21,790 nt of DNA from Thermoproteota archaeon (GCA_049700215.1 JBNAVT010000031.1:1-21790), one strand, 5' to 3'. Numbered from the stretch's first letter, positions 1-7,657 are shown. The notes: generated from the sequence alone by a model not told the origin. A program made the numbers and translations.

Positions 1-276
1 AGGATAGGCATCCTGCTTAAACTTGCGCTAGATACTGCTGAAACCGATTTGAGCGGGGCAGAATCCTACGTGAGGCTCGCCTGGAGGATCGCTGAGAAGT
101 TCAACCTTAGGAACAAGACTGTTTTAAGAAGATATTTCAGGTGTAGCAGGTGTAAGAGCTTCCTTATACCGGGCCGCAGCCTCAGAATTAGGGTTTTAAA
201 AGGCAGGGGGATTGGGCTTATCTGCCTGAAATGCGACAGCGTCAAGCTTATCCCTGTTTTCGACGAAAAAAGATAA
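1..276 (+). CDS. rnp4: Ribonuclease P protein component 4 (Rpp21/Rpr2), 5'-truncated by the window
   Basis: Frame 1 is open from base 1 (RIGILLKLA...). It shows the YV-LA-RI helix, CxxC (CSRC) followed by FLIPG, RIRV and a second CxxC (CLKC), the Rpp21 Zn-ribbon pattern. Confidence 0.88.
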   Translation, partial: RIGILLKLALDTAETDLSGAESYVRLAWRIAEKFNLRNKTVLRRYFRCSRCKSFLIPGRSLRIRVLKGRGIGLICLKCDSVKLIPVFDEKR

Positions 277-285
277 GAACCCTGC

Positions 286-927
286 GTGTCAAAGCCTATT
301 CGATCAGGCTTGAGCCTAGAGCTCGCAGCTGAAGCGGAGCGTTTCACGAAAGCATTCATACTGTTATTCGTCATACTTGATTCCGTTGGAAACATTCCAG
401 TCTTCCACACTTTCCTAGAGTCTTTTTCAAGCGAGAAGAAGAGGAAAATAATCAGGGAGTCTGTTGTTGCTGCAACAGCTGTGCTAGTGTTCTTCGCCCT
501 GCTCGGATCCCTAATGTTCAGCTTCCTAGGAATAAGGCTGTTCGACTTCTACATTGCTTCAGGAATGGTTCTCGTAGCAATATCCTTAAAATACATACTC
601 GCAGGCGAGGAGAGCGAGCTGAGGAGAGAGAAGGCTGAGGAGATATCTGTCTTCCCCCTGGCGACGCCGCTTCTCGCAGGGCCGGGGAGTATTTCCACGG
701 TCATAATAATATCAAACCCCCCGTACAACATTCTAATGTGCATACTCGTGATACTGCTGAACGCGGTTTTAGCGTACGTGATTCTAGTTAACGGTGAGAG
801 GATTATGGCGAGCATAGGTAAAACGCCTTCAAAGCTTATTGCGAAAATATTCAACCTGATAATAGTGGCTTTCGGAATGGTTATGATCAGAAACGGTTTA
901 GAAGGGTTTCTGCATACAGCCGGCTGA
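286..927 (+). CDS. MarC family integral membrane protein (start may be TTG at 310)
   Basis: LFVILDSVGNIPVF and VFPLATPLLAGPGSIST are MarC/UPF0056 signatures. About 6 hydrophobic segments. Confidence 0.9.
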   Translation: MSKPIRSGLSLELAAEAERFTKAFILLFVILDSVGNIPVFHTFLESFSSEKKRKIIRESVVAATAVLVFFALLGSLMFSFLGIRLFDFYIASGMVLVAISLKYILAGEESELRREKAEEISVFPLATPLLAGPGSISTVIIISNPPYNILMCILVILLNAVLAYVILVNGERIMASIGKTPSKLIAKIFNLIIVAFGMVMIRNGLEGFLHTAG

Positions 928-932
928 GCTTA

Positions 933-946
933 GAAAAGTTAATATA
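933..946 (+). promoter_or_regulatory. BRE + TATA promoter of leuACD; predicted TSS about 968-969
   Basis: GAAAAG (933-938) directly followed by TTAATATA (939-946). The same TTAATATA occurs in the ilvB promoter. Confidence 0.75.
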
Positions 947-967
947 GTAGTTGGGTGGCCTCCGTTT

Positions 968-1047
968 AGGAGGTGTGTCGTGCACACATGATGCGTAACG
1001 CCCAAAGGGGGCGAGACTACCTGCGTTCCAGCGCAAGCAACACCTCT
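968..1047 (+). ncRNA. Candidate cis-regulatory structured leader RNA (BCAA leader motif, leuA copy)
   Basis: P1 GAGGUGU 970-976 / ACACCUC 1040-1046. Hairpin CGCCC 999-1003 / GGGCG 1009-1013. Hairpin UGCG 1022-1025 / CGCA 1032-1035. Homologous to 14695-14787 (-) upstream of ilvB. Confidence 0.7.
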
Positions 1048-1051
1048 ATCA

Positions 1052-1078
1052 GATACTGTTGAAAAACAGTGTTGTTTT
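1052..1078 (+). promoter_or_regulatory. GAAA-tetraloop hairpin with short U tract in the leuA leader (possible attenuator or expression platform)
   Basis: GAUACUGUU 1052-1060 / GAAA / AACAGUGUU 1065-1073 (9 bp including 2 G-U), then GUUUU. Confidence 0.45.
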
Positions 1079-1103
1079 AAACCTGTTTTAGGAGGGGTGC
1101 GTA

Positions 1104-2642
1104 ATGGTTTGGAGAGGATACCTTACTGAGACGAAAATACCTGACAAGGTGGTTCTTTTCGACACTACTCTGAGAGACGGCGAGCAGACCCCGGGAGTTG
1201 CGCTTACGCCCGAAGACAAGCTTAAGATAGCGAGACAGCTGGACTTGCTTGGAGTACCCGTATTAGAGGCAGGCTTCCCGGCGACATCGCACGGCGAGGA
1301 GGAGGCTATTAAGCTAATAGTCAGAGAAGGATTGAACGCGGAGATAGCCGCCCTATCCAGATGCGTGAAGCAGGATATTGAGAAAGCCGCTTCAACCGGT
1401 GCTGGAAGAATACATCTCTTCATAGCGACCTCGGATATTCATTTGAAGAAGAAGCTCCAGATAAGCAGGGATGAAGCTATACGCAGAGCAGTTGAATCCA
1501 TCGACCTAGCTAAATCCTATGGTGTTAAAATAGAGTTTTCAGCTGAGGATGCGACTAGGACAGGCATTGACTTCCTAGTGGAGTTCTACAGGGCGGTTGA
1601 AGAGGCAGGGGCAAGCATGGTTGATATTCCGGATACTGTAGGCGTCGCTACACCCTTAGCCATGAGAGAGATTGTTAAGAGGGTTTGCGAAGCCCTGAGG
1701 ATCCCGGTTGCTGTGCACTGCCACAACGACATGGGTCTAGCGGTTGCGAACACGCTGGCGGGCATCGAGGGGGGAGCGGTCGAGGCTCACGTAACCGTGA
1801 ACGGGCTTGGCGAGAGAGCAGGCAACGCGAGCCTGGAGGAGGTGGCGGTTTCCCTGAAAGTACTATACGGCGTGGAAACAGGCTTGAAGTTTAAAGAGAT
1901 ATACAACACCTGCAGGCTGGTTTCACTCATAACAGGCATAGCAATACCTGTGAATAAGCCGATAGTCGGGGAAAACGCTTTCTCCCATGAGAGCGGAATC
2001 CATACTCACGGCATAATAGCGTCTCCCGAGACATACGAGCCTATAAACCCTGAGTTCGTCGGGGCTAGGAGAAGACTGGTGGCTGGGAAACACGCAGGCG
2101 TCCACGGGATTTCAGCGCAGCTTGAGGAAATGGGTTACAGGCTGAGCGAGGAGGAGTTGAGACAGATCCTTAAAATAGTTAAGGATATTGGCGACAAGGG
2201 TAAGAAGATTACTGACGCTGAACTCGCCTCGATAGCTGAAAGCATCATAGGATACGGGGTTGGCGAGAATAACCGTATTGAGCTTGAAGAGCTTCTGGTA
2301 GTTACAGGCTTGAACACTACTCCCACTGCAGCGATAAAAGTAAAGTGGGGCGAGCAGGCTTGGAGGGGTGCTGAGTTCGGCGTTGGGCCGATAGATGCTT
2401 CGATGAAGGCCGTAAGCAGAATCCTCGGCGATCTGGTTAAGATAAAGCTTGAAAGCTTCCGGCTGGAGGCGATAACCGGAGGTACGGACGCGCTTGCGGA
2501 GGTAACTGTCAGGGTTTCAGACGAGGAAGGCCGGAGCGTTACTGCGAAAGGCTTCAGCGAGGACATCGTGCTGGCTGGGGTTTACGCGATACTGAACGGG
2601 GCGAACAGGCTTCTTCAAATCAGGAAGAGGGCTGGGAGATGA
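1104..2642 (+). CDS. leuA: 2-isopropylmalate synthase (LeuA/CimA family, with C-terminal regulatory domain)
   Basis: DTTLRDGEQ, EAGFP, HLFIATSDIH, HCHND, GLGERAGN, HESGIH and GVGPIDA motifs. SD AGGAGGGGTG at 1090-1099. Overlaps leuC by ATGA. Confidence 0.92.
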   Translation: MVWRGYLTETKIPDKVVLFDTTLRDGEQTPGVALTPEDKLKIARQLDLLGVPVLEAGFPATSHGEEEAIKLIVREGLNAEIAALSRCVKQDIEKAASTGAGRIHLFIATSDIHLKKKLQISRDEAIRRAVESIDLAKSYGVKIEFSAEDATRTGIDFLVEFYRAVEEAGASMVDIPDTVGVATPLAMREIVKRVCEALRIPVAVHCHNDMGLAVANTLAGIEGGAVEAHVTVNGLGERAGNASLEEVAVSLKVLYGVETGLKFKEIYNTCRLVSLITGIAIPVNKPIVGENAFSHESGIHTHGIIASPETYEPINPEFVGARRRLVAGKHAGVHGISAQLEEMGYRLSEEELRQILKIVKDIGDKGKKITDAELASIAESIIGYGVGENNRIELEELLVVTGLNTTPTAAIKVKWGEQAWRGAEFGVGPIDASMKAVSRILGDLVKIKLESFRLEAITGGTDALAEVTVRVSDEEGRSVTAKGFSEDIVLAGVYAILNGANRLLQIRKRAGR

Positions 2643-3904
2643 CTGGTTTAACAGCGATACAGAAAGTTATATCGAGGAAAACAGGTAGGCCTCGGGTGGA
2701 GGCGGGTGAAATAGTTGAGGCGAAAGTGGATTTCCTGATGCTGCACGAGGTTACTGGGCCGCTGGCTGTTGAAGAGTTTGAAAAGATCTCCGGGAGGATC
2801 TGGGACCCCAGCAGGGTTATTGTAGTTTTCGACCACGATACTCCCCCGAGCACGATAGACCTAGCCAGCCAGATGAAGAGGATGAGGAGCTTCGTTAAAA
2901 AACACGGGGTAAGCAACTTCTTCGAAATAGGTAGGGGAGGCATAGCGCACCAGGTTCTCTTTGAAGAAGGCTTCGACACGCCAGGCTCCCTGATAGTGGG
3001 CGCTGACAGCCATACTTGCACCGCTGGAGCAACCGGCGCAGTTGGAATAGGAGTCGGCTCCACAGATGCTGCCGTAGTCCTAGCCACTGGGGAAATATGG
3101 CTAAGAGTCCCTGAAACACTTCTCGTCGAGGTTAAGGGGAGGCTTGGGAAAGGTGTTTTCGCGAAGGATGTTGCTTTAAGCATCGTCGGGACGATCGGCA
3201 GCAGTGGCGCAACATACAAGGCGCTGGAGTACTCCGGCGAAACAGTAAGCCTGATGACACTGTCTGAGCGGCTTACCCTGGCGAACCTCTCGGTGGAGAC
3301 TGGTGCTAAAACCGGGATTGTTCAAACAGACTCTAAAAGCATCGAGTATGCTGAGCTCTACGGAAGAGGCAGCGGGTTCCTGGAAGTCAGGAGTGATGCT
3401 GACGCAGACCTGGAGAAGATCGAGGTGGATGCTTCGCGCCTTGAGCCTGTTGTAAGCGTGCCGCACAGCGTGGACAACGTTAAGCCCGTCACGGAGGTTG
3501 AAGGACTGGAGATAGACCAGGCTTTCCTAGGCTCCTGCACAAACGGGAGGGTGGACGACCTACTAGTAGCCTTCAGAATCCTGAGGAACAGGAGGGTCGC
3601 GCCGGGTGTGAGGCTTGTAGTGAGCCCAGCCTCAGTCAAGGTGTATGAGGAGGCTTTGAGAAAAGGCGTTATCGAGGAGATTGTGAAAGCGGGCGGAATC
3701 GTGACCAGCCCTACGTGCGGCGCATGCCTAGGAATGTCTAGAGGTGTTCTCGCTGAGGGCGAGGTTGCGATTTCAAGCAGCAACAGGAACTTCATAGGCA
3801 GGATGGGTGATAAGAGGAGCAGGGTGTTCCTGGCTTCTCCAGCTACTGTCGCCGCGTCGGCGGTGGAGGGTAAAATAACCGACCCGAGGAGGGTGCTGGC
3901 TTGA
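2639..3904 (+). CDS. leuC: 3-isopropylmalate dehydratase large subunit
   Basis: DH, GADSHTCT, FLGSCTNGR, CGACLG and SNRNFIGRMG aconitase-family motifs. Operon context. Confidence 0.93.
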   Translation: MTGLTAIQKVISRKTGRPRVEAGEIVEAKVDFLMLHEVTGPLAVEEFEKISGRIWDPSRVIVVFDHDTPPSTIDLASQMKRMRSFVKKHGVSNFFEIGRGGIAHQVLFEEGFDTPGSLIVGADSHTCTAGATGAVGIGVGSTDAAVVLATGEIWLRVPETLLVEVKGRLGKGVFAKDVALSIVGTIGSSGATYKALEYSGETVSLMTLSERLTLANLSVETGAKTGIVQTDSKSIEYAELYGRGSGFLEVRSDADADLEKIEVDASRLEPVVSVPHSVDNVKPVTEVEGLEIDQAFLGSCTNGRVDDLLVAFRILRNRRVAPGVRLVVSPASVKVYEEALRKGVIEEIVKAGGIVTSPTCGACLGMSRGVLAEGEVAISSSNRNFIGRMGDKRSRVFLASPATVAASAVEGKITDPRRVLA

Positions 3905-4398
3905 AAATAAGCGGCAGGATTATTAGGCTTGGAGACAACGTTGACACCGACGTGATAATACCTGCAAGGTACTTGGTGACTCATGATGCCGACGTTCTCG
4001 CTAAGCATGTTTTCGAAGACTATTATCCTGAGTTCAGGGTGAAGGCTGCTGGCGGAGCCATAGTGGTTGCCGGGGAGAATTTTGGACTGGGGAGCTCCAG
4101 GGAGCATGCGGTAATAGCGTTGAAACACTCAGGTGTGAAAGCGATAGTCGCCAAGTCTTTCGCAAGAATCTTCTATAGAAACTCTATCAACCTTGGTCTC
4201 CCAGTCCTTATCCTCAGGAGTAAAGAGGGTTTCGACAGGCTTAAGGATTGGGAGGAGGCTGAGCTTGACGTTGCCAACGGGGTTTTAACGATTATTAAAA
4301 CCGGGGAGAAGTTTTCCTGCGATAAAATGCCTGAATTCATGCTGAAAATAATAGAGGCGGGAGGTTTAATAAACTATTTTTTGAAGAAGCGTGAGTGA
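3901..4398 (+). CDS. leuD: 3-isopropylmalate dehydratase small subunit
   Basis: DNVDTDVIIPARYLVT (IPMI-like YLV, not homoaconitase YLRT), NFGLGSSREHA and SFARIFYRN motifs. Confidence 0.93.
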   Translation: MKISGRIIRLGDNVDTDVIIPARYLVTHDADVLAKHVFEDYYPEFRVKAAGGAIVVAGENFGLGSSREHAVIALKHSGVKAIVAKSFARIFYRNSINLGLPVLILRSKEGFDRLKDWEEAELDVANGVLTIIKTGEKFSCDKMPEFMLKIIEAGGLINYFLKKRE

Positions 4399-4429
4399 AA
4401 AACCCAGTGGAAAATGGGGCCGATAACTA

Positions 4430-4437
4430 TTTATAAA
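4430..4437 (+). promoter_or_regulatory. TATA box of the KaiC-like gene (near-leaderless transcript)
   Basis: Consensus TTTATAAA, 25 nt before the TTG at 4463. Confidence 0.6.
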
Positions 4438-4462
4438 CCGGCTCCTCATAAAACTACTACTG

Positions 4463-5311
4463 TTGCTGCGTCGGAGAGAGGCGGTTAGGAGGGAGGCAGT
4501 TGGCAGTTACTCGTGTGAACAGTGTGGACACCAACTCAGCCCTGAATACAAGTTCTGCCCAGTCTGTGGAGCGCCGCGGAAAGGAGTCTCTTATGTGAAG
4601 AGGGTTTCAACAGGCAACCCGGCTATAGATGAGATCCTGGAGGGCGGTTTCGAATCCGGTAAAACATACCTGCTCGCCGGCGAGGCTGGAACCGGGAAGA
4701 CGATTTTCAGCCTACAGTACCTCATATACGGGGCTAAGAGCAATGAGCCCGGTATCTATGTGACGATAGACGAGAGGCCGGAGATGCTTGTGAGAGACGT
4801 GAGGAACTTCGGCTGGGATCTGCAGCCACTCATAGAGACTAGGAAGCTCGCAATCCTCCCGGTTAGAAGATACTTCACCTCTAAAATGTGGGGCAGGGAA
4901 ATGGACGCTATAGTTAACAACATAATAGAGGAGCTTGACAAGAGGAGGAGGGAAATAGGAGCCAGGAGGCTCGTCATAGATCCGATAGCCCCGTTGGTGA
5001 CTACCTACTCGAACGAGGTTGCCTGGGTTAGAGAGTACATCAGGAGCCTCATATTCTCAATCGAGGAGAAGCTCGGCGTGACCACCGTGATAACCTCAGA
5101 GGTTCCCACTGGGGAGAACATGATGAGCAGGTATGGTGTTGAAGAATTTCTGGCGAGCGGCGTCATAATACTCTCACTATCCAGAATCGGCAACTCCATC
5201 ATAAGGACAATGTTCATAAGGAAGATGCGCTGGACCGCGGTGAACCCGACGATCTACAGGTTTGAAATAGAGAGGGGCCGTGGAATAGTTCTTAAAGAAC
5301 CATTAAGCTAG
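4463..5311 (+). CDS. Single-domain KaiC/RAD55-family ATPase with N-terminal zinc ribbon
   Basis: CEQC-x10-CPVC ribbon, RVSTG-x3-D, Walker A GEAGTGKT, Walker B RLVID, YGVEEFLASGVI and KMR arginine finger. Confidence 0.9.
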   Translation: MLRRREAVRREAVGSYSCEQCGHQLSPEYKFCPVCGAPRKGVSYVKRVSTGNPAIDEILEGGFESGKTYLLAGEAGTGKTIFSLQYLIYGAKSNEPGIYVTIDERPEMLVRDVRNFGWDLQPLIETRKLAILPVRRYFTSKMWGREMDAIVNNIIEELDKRRREIGARRLVIDPIAPLVTTYSNEVAWVREYIRSLIFSIEEKLGVTTVITSEVPTGENMMSRYGVEEFLASGVIILSLSRIGNSIIRTMFIRKMRWTAVNPTIYRFEIERGRGIVLKEPLS

Positions 5312-5877
5312 GTAGGCAGCCTGGTTCCGCATCTGAAGCAGAATTTGTAGCGCGCATTGTTTATAGCTCCACACTTAGGACAGGTTTTAGTAGCTCCTGC
5401 ACCGCCAGCCGCCTCCTCGGTGGCAGGCCGCTGCGTAGCAGCCACGGTTTCAACCTGCTCTGGTTCCGCCTCCTCGTATTCAACAGGCTCCTTGAAAGAA
5501 GGCTGCGCCTCAGGAACAGTGGCTGCGCCACTAGTTGGAGCAGCCTGAGCCTCCGGCTCCCTCGGCGCATAGACAGGCGGCTTCGCTGAAACCTGCTCCC
5601 TAACCTGGGCCTTCGGCTCCTCACGGGTTTCGACAGCAGGCTTAGCCGGCACAGGGGGCGCGGCTGGAACAGTAACTTCCTTCTTGAGTATGACGATGTC
5701 TTCAGCAGCGTCAACCTCGCTCCAGATGAACTCCATCTCCCTATTGTCTCTACCGACAACAACTATTCCAACCAGGTTCTCGCCCAGGACGAACCCTATG
5801 TCTTTCACAGTGCCGACATACCTGCCTCTCTTATCGTAAACCTGGAGGCCTATTATCTTGTCTTTTCTAATTAGCAA
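5308..5877 (-). CDS. PRC-barrel domain protein with Pro/Ala/Glu-rich linker and C-terminal zinc ribbon
   Basis: IIGLQVYDKRGRYVGTVKDI...WSEVDAAEDIVIL is a PRC barrel. About 95-aa low-complexity linker, then CPKC-x10-CFRC. Confidence 0.85.
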   Translation of the reverse strand: MLIRKDKIIGLQVYDKRGRYVGTVKDIGFVLGENLVGIVVVGRDNREMEFIWSEVDAAEDIVILKKEVTVPAAPPVPAKPAVETREEPKAQVREQVSAKPPVYAPREPEAQAAPTSGAATVPEAQPSFKEPVEYEEAEPEQVETVAATQRPATEEAAGGAGATKTCPKCGAINNARYKFCFRCGTRLPT

Positions 5878-5999
5878 CCCGTAGAGGAATCCTTCCGAGG
5901 TGACTTTTATTCTTTATCTCCACATTAGTATACAATGCTAACGGCTGACACATGGTGTTTAGCTGGCAGTGAAGCGGTTTTCCAAGCTCTAGGAGTCGC

Positions 6000-7532
6000 T
6001 TAAAGTCGTTTTTCCACGGCGGGGGAGAAAAAGCCCTTCACAAGGCTGTTGACGGAATCCTCGAGAAGCATCCTAGCCTCCCTGTCCCTCTGAACCATCA
6101 GGCCCAGCCTAGAGAAACACTCCTGCAAAACTTTCTCCCTGGCTGCAAGCATCATCGCATCAGCCTCAGGCGAGCCCGCGCCCAGTGAAACGCGCTTCGA
6201 AACGAGAACACTAGTGTCAGCTTCCCTCAGGATCTTCACGAGTAGACTGCTAATGTCCCTACTCAACACGCGCAGGGAAACCTCCCTTAGATCATCCCCG
6301 GTAAGACTAGTCATCCTCCTACCCGTCTTGACGCTGAGCTTCACAATCTCCCCGACAAGCCTGTGGGCAAGCCTGAAAGGAACCCTAGCCTCCTCAACTA
6401 TTCTTTCAGCAACGTCCAAGGCGATGATGCTTGGCTCAGTTAAAGACCTTATTCTCTCACGGTTCTCCTCAAGGTTTTCGAGAACAATCCTGACGATTCT
6501 AATAGCCTCCCTGGTTGTTTCAACCGCCTCGATCAACGGGGGCTTAGTCTCCTGAAGATCCCTCACGTAGCCGCTGGGAACTGCTTTACAGACCATTGAA
6601 AGCTGGGCTAGGCTTGAGAAAACCCTGCCCGTTCTAGCACGGGTCAGCTCAAGTATGCAGGGGTTCTTCTTGTTAGGCATCGCGCTCGACGGGAAAGCCA
6701 GCTCATCGGGAAGCGTGAAGAAACCATACTCGGAGGAAAGCCAGATTACGAGGTCCTCCATAATCCTGCTCAGGTTAAGCATTAGAATGTTAAGGTTTGA
6801 AACGACTTCCAGCGCGAAGTCCCTGGAGGAGACAGCGTCGAAAGAGTTCTCCACAATCCCGTCGAACCCTAGGAGTTTCGTAGTGAGGCTCCTGTCTATT
6901 TTAAGCGAGGAGCCGACTATCGCAACGCTCCCCAGAGGATTCTGGTTAACCCTTTTCAACGATTCGGAGAGGCGGTTGAAGTCCCTCAGAAACATGTCGA
7001 AATAGCCTAGGAAGTAGTGTGAGAGGGGAGCGGCCTGAGCCTGCTGCAGATGAGTGTAGAACGGGAAAACTACGTCGAGAGTCTCCCTCGCCTTCCTCAC
7101 GAGAGCCGCCTCAAGCTCGAGAAGCTCCCTCATGATGCTTAAAACCTCCCTCCTCGTCTTAAGCCTCACCGCCGTAACAACCTGGTCGTTCCTTGAGCGA
7201 GCCGTGTGAACAAGGCCGCCGACTTCCAGACCAGCCTGCTTCACCACGAACGACTCTATCAGCTCGTGAACATCCTCATACTTTTCGAGGTCGAGCTGGC
7301 TTAAACCCTCGTCACGCAGCCTTCTAAGAGCCTCAAGAATCTGTTTAAGCTGCTCCTCAGTAATGTAGCCCTGCTTCATAAGCATGAAGTCGTGCGCAAC
7401 CGTGCACTCAATATCCTCTTCGAATATCCAGATGTCCTCCCTGATGCTGGACACGTACCTCGTGGCCTCTGAGGAAACTGGCCCAAGCCTGCTCCGGTAT
7501 ATGCTTCCACCAGCATCCTGCTCCCCGGACAA
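6000..7532 (-). CDS. argH: Argininosuccinate lyase
   Basis: EDVH, HTARSRNDQV, YTHLQQAQ, NPLGS, DAVSSRD, SSAMPNKKNP signature, RDLQETK and PFRLAH. Confidence 0.93.
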   Translation of the reverse strand: MSGEQDAGGSIYRSRLGPVSSEATRYVSSIREDIWIFEEDIECTVAHDFMLMKQGYITEEQLKQILEALRRLRDEGLSQLDLEKYEDVHELIESFVVKQAGLEVGGLVHTARSRNDQVVTAVRLKTRREVLSIMRELLELEAALVRKARETLDVVFPFYTHLQQAQAAPLSHYFLGYFDMFLRDFNRLSESLKRVNQNPLGSVAIVGSSLKIDRSLTTKLLGFDGIVENSFDAVSSRDFALEVVSNLNILMLNLSRIMEDLVIWLSSEYGFFTLPDELAFPSSAMPNKKNPCILELTRARTGRVFSSLAQLSMVCKAVPSGYVRDLQETKPPLIEAVETTREAIRIVRIVLENLEENRERIRSLTEPSIIALDVAERIVEEARVPFRLAHRLVGEIVKLSVKTGRRMTSLTGDDLREVSLRVLSRDISSLLVKILREADTSVLVSKRVSLGAGSPEADAMMLAAREKVLQECFSRLGLMVQRDREARMLLEDSVNSLVKGFFSPAVEKRL

Positions 7533-7657
7533 CCCTAAACCAGAACTAGCGTCCAGAAACCGGCTAATAAGGGTTACAATCTCCTGGCGAAACCCGCTGA
7601 AAACTTAAAAATGGCTTTGAACAAGTGTTTCAGCAAAGGGTTAAAGGAACCTAGGTC

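Noticed and set aside
968-1103. T-box, TPP riboswitch or classical Leu-codon attenuator as the explanation of the leaders
   Set aside because: No T-box UGGNACC consensus, no full TPP core (ilvB has only an isolated GCUGAG) and no Leu/Ile/Val codon runs.
3358-4128. Long antisense ORFs (e.g. 3358-4128, 12666-13211, 17495-18037, 20278-20787, 20995-21456)
   Set aside because: These are shadow frames opposite well-supported genes, explained by codon bias.
4500-4598. SD-preceded TTG ORF in another frame over the KaiC N-terminus
   Set aside because: The main frame encodes a clear Zn ribbon here, and the alternative peptide has no recognisable features.
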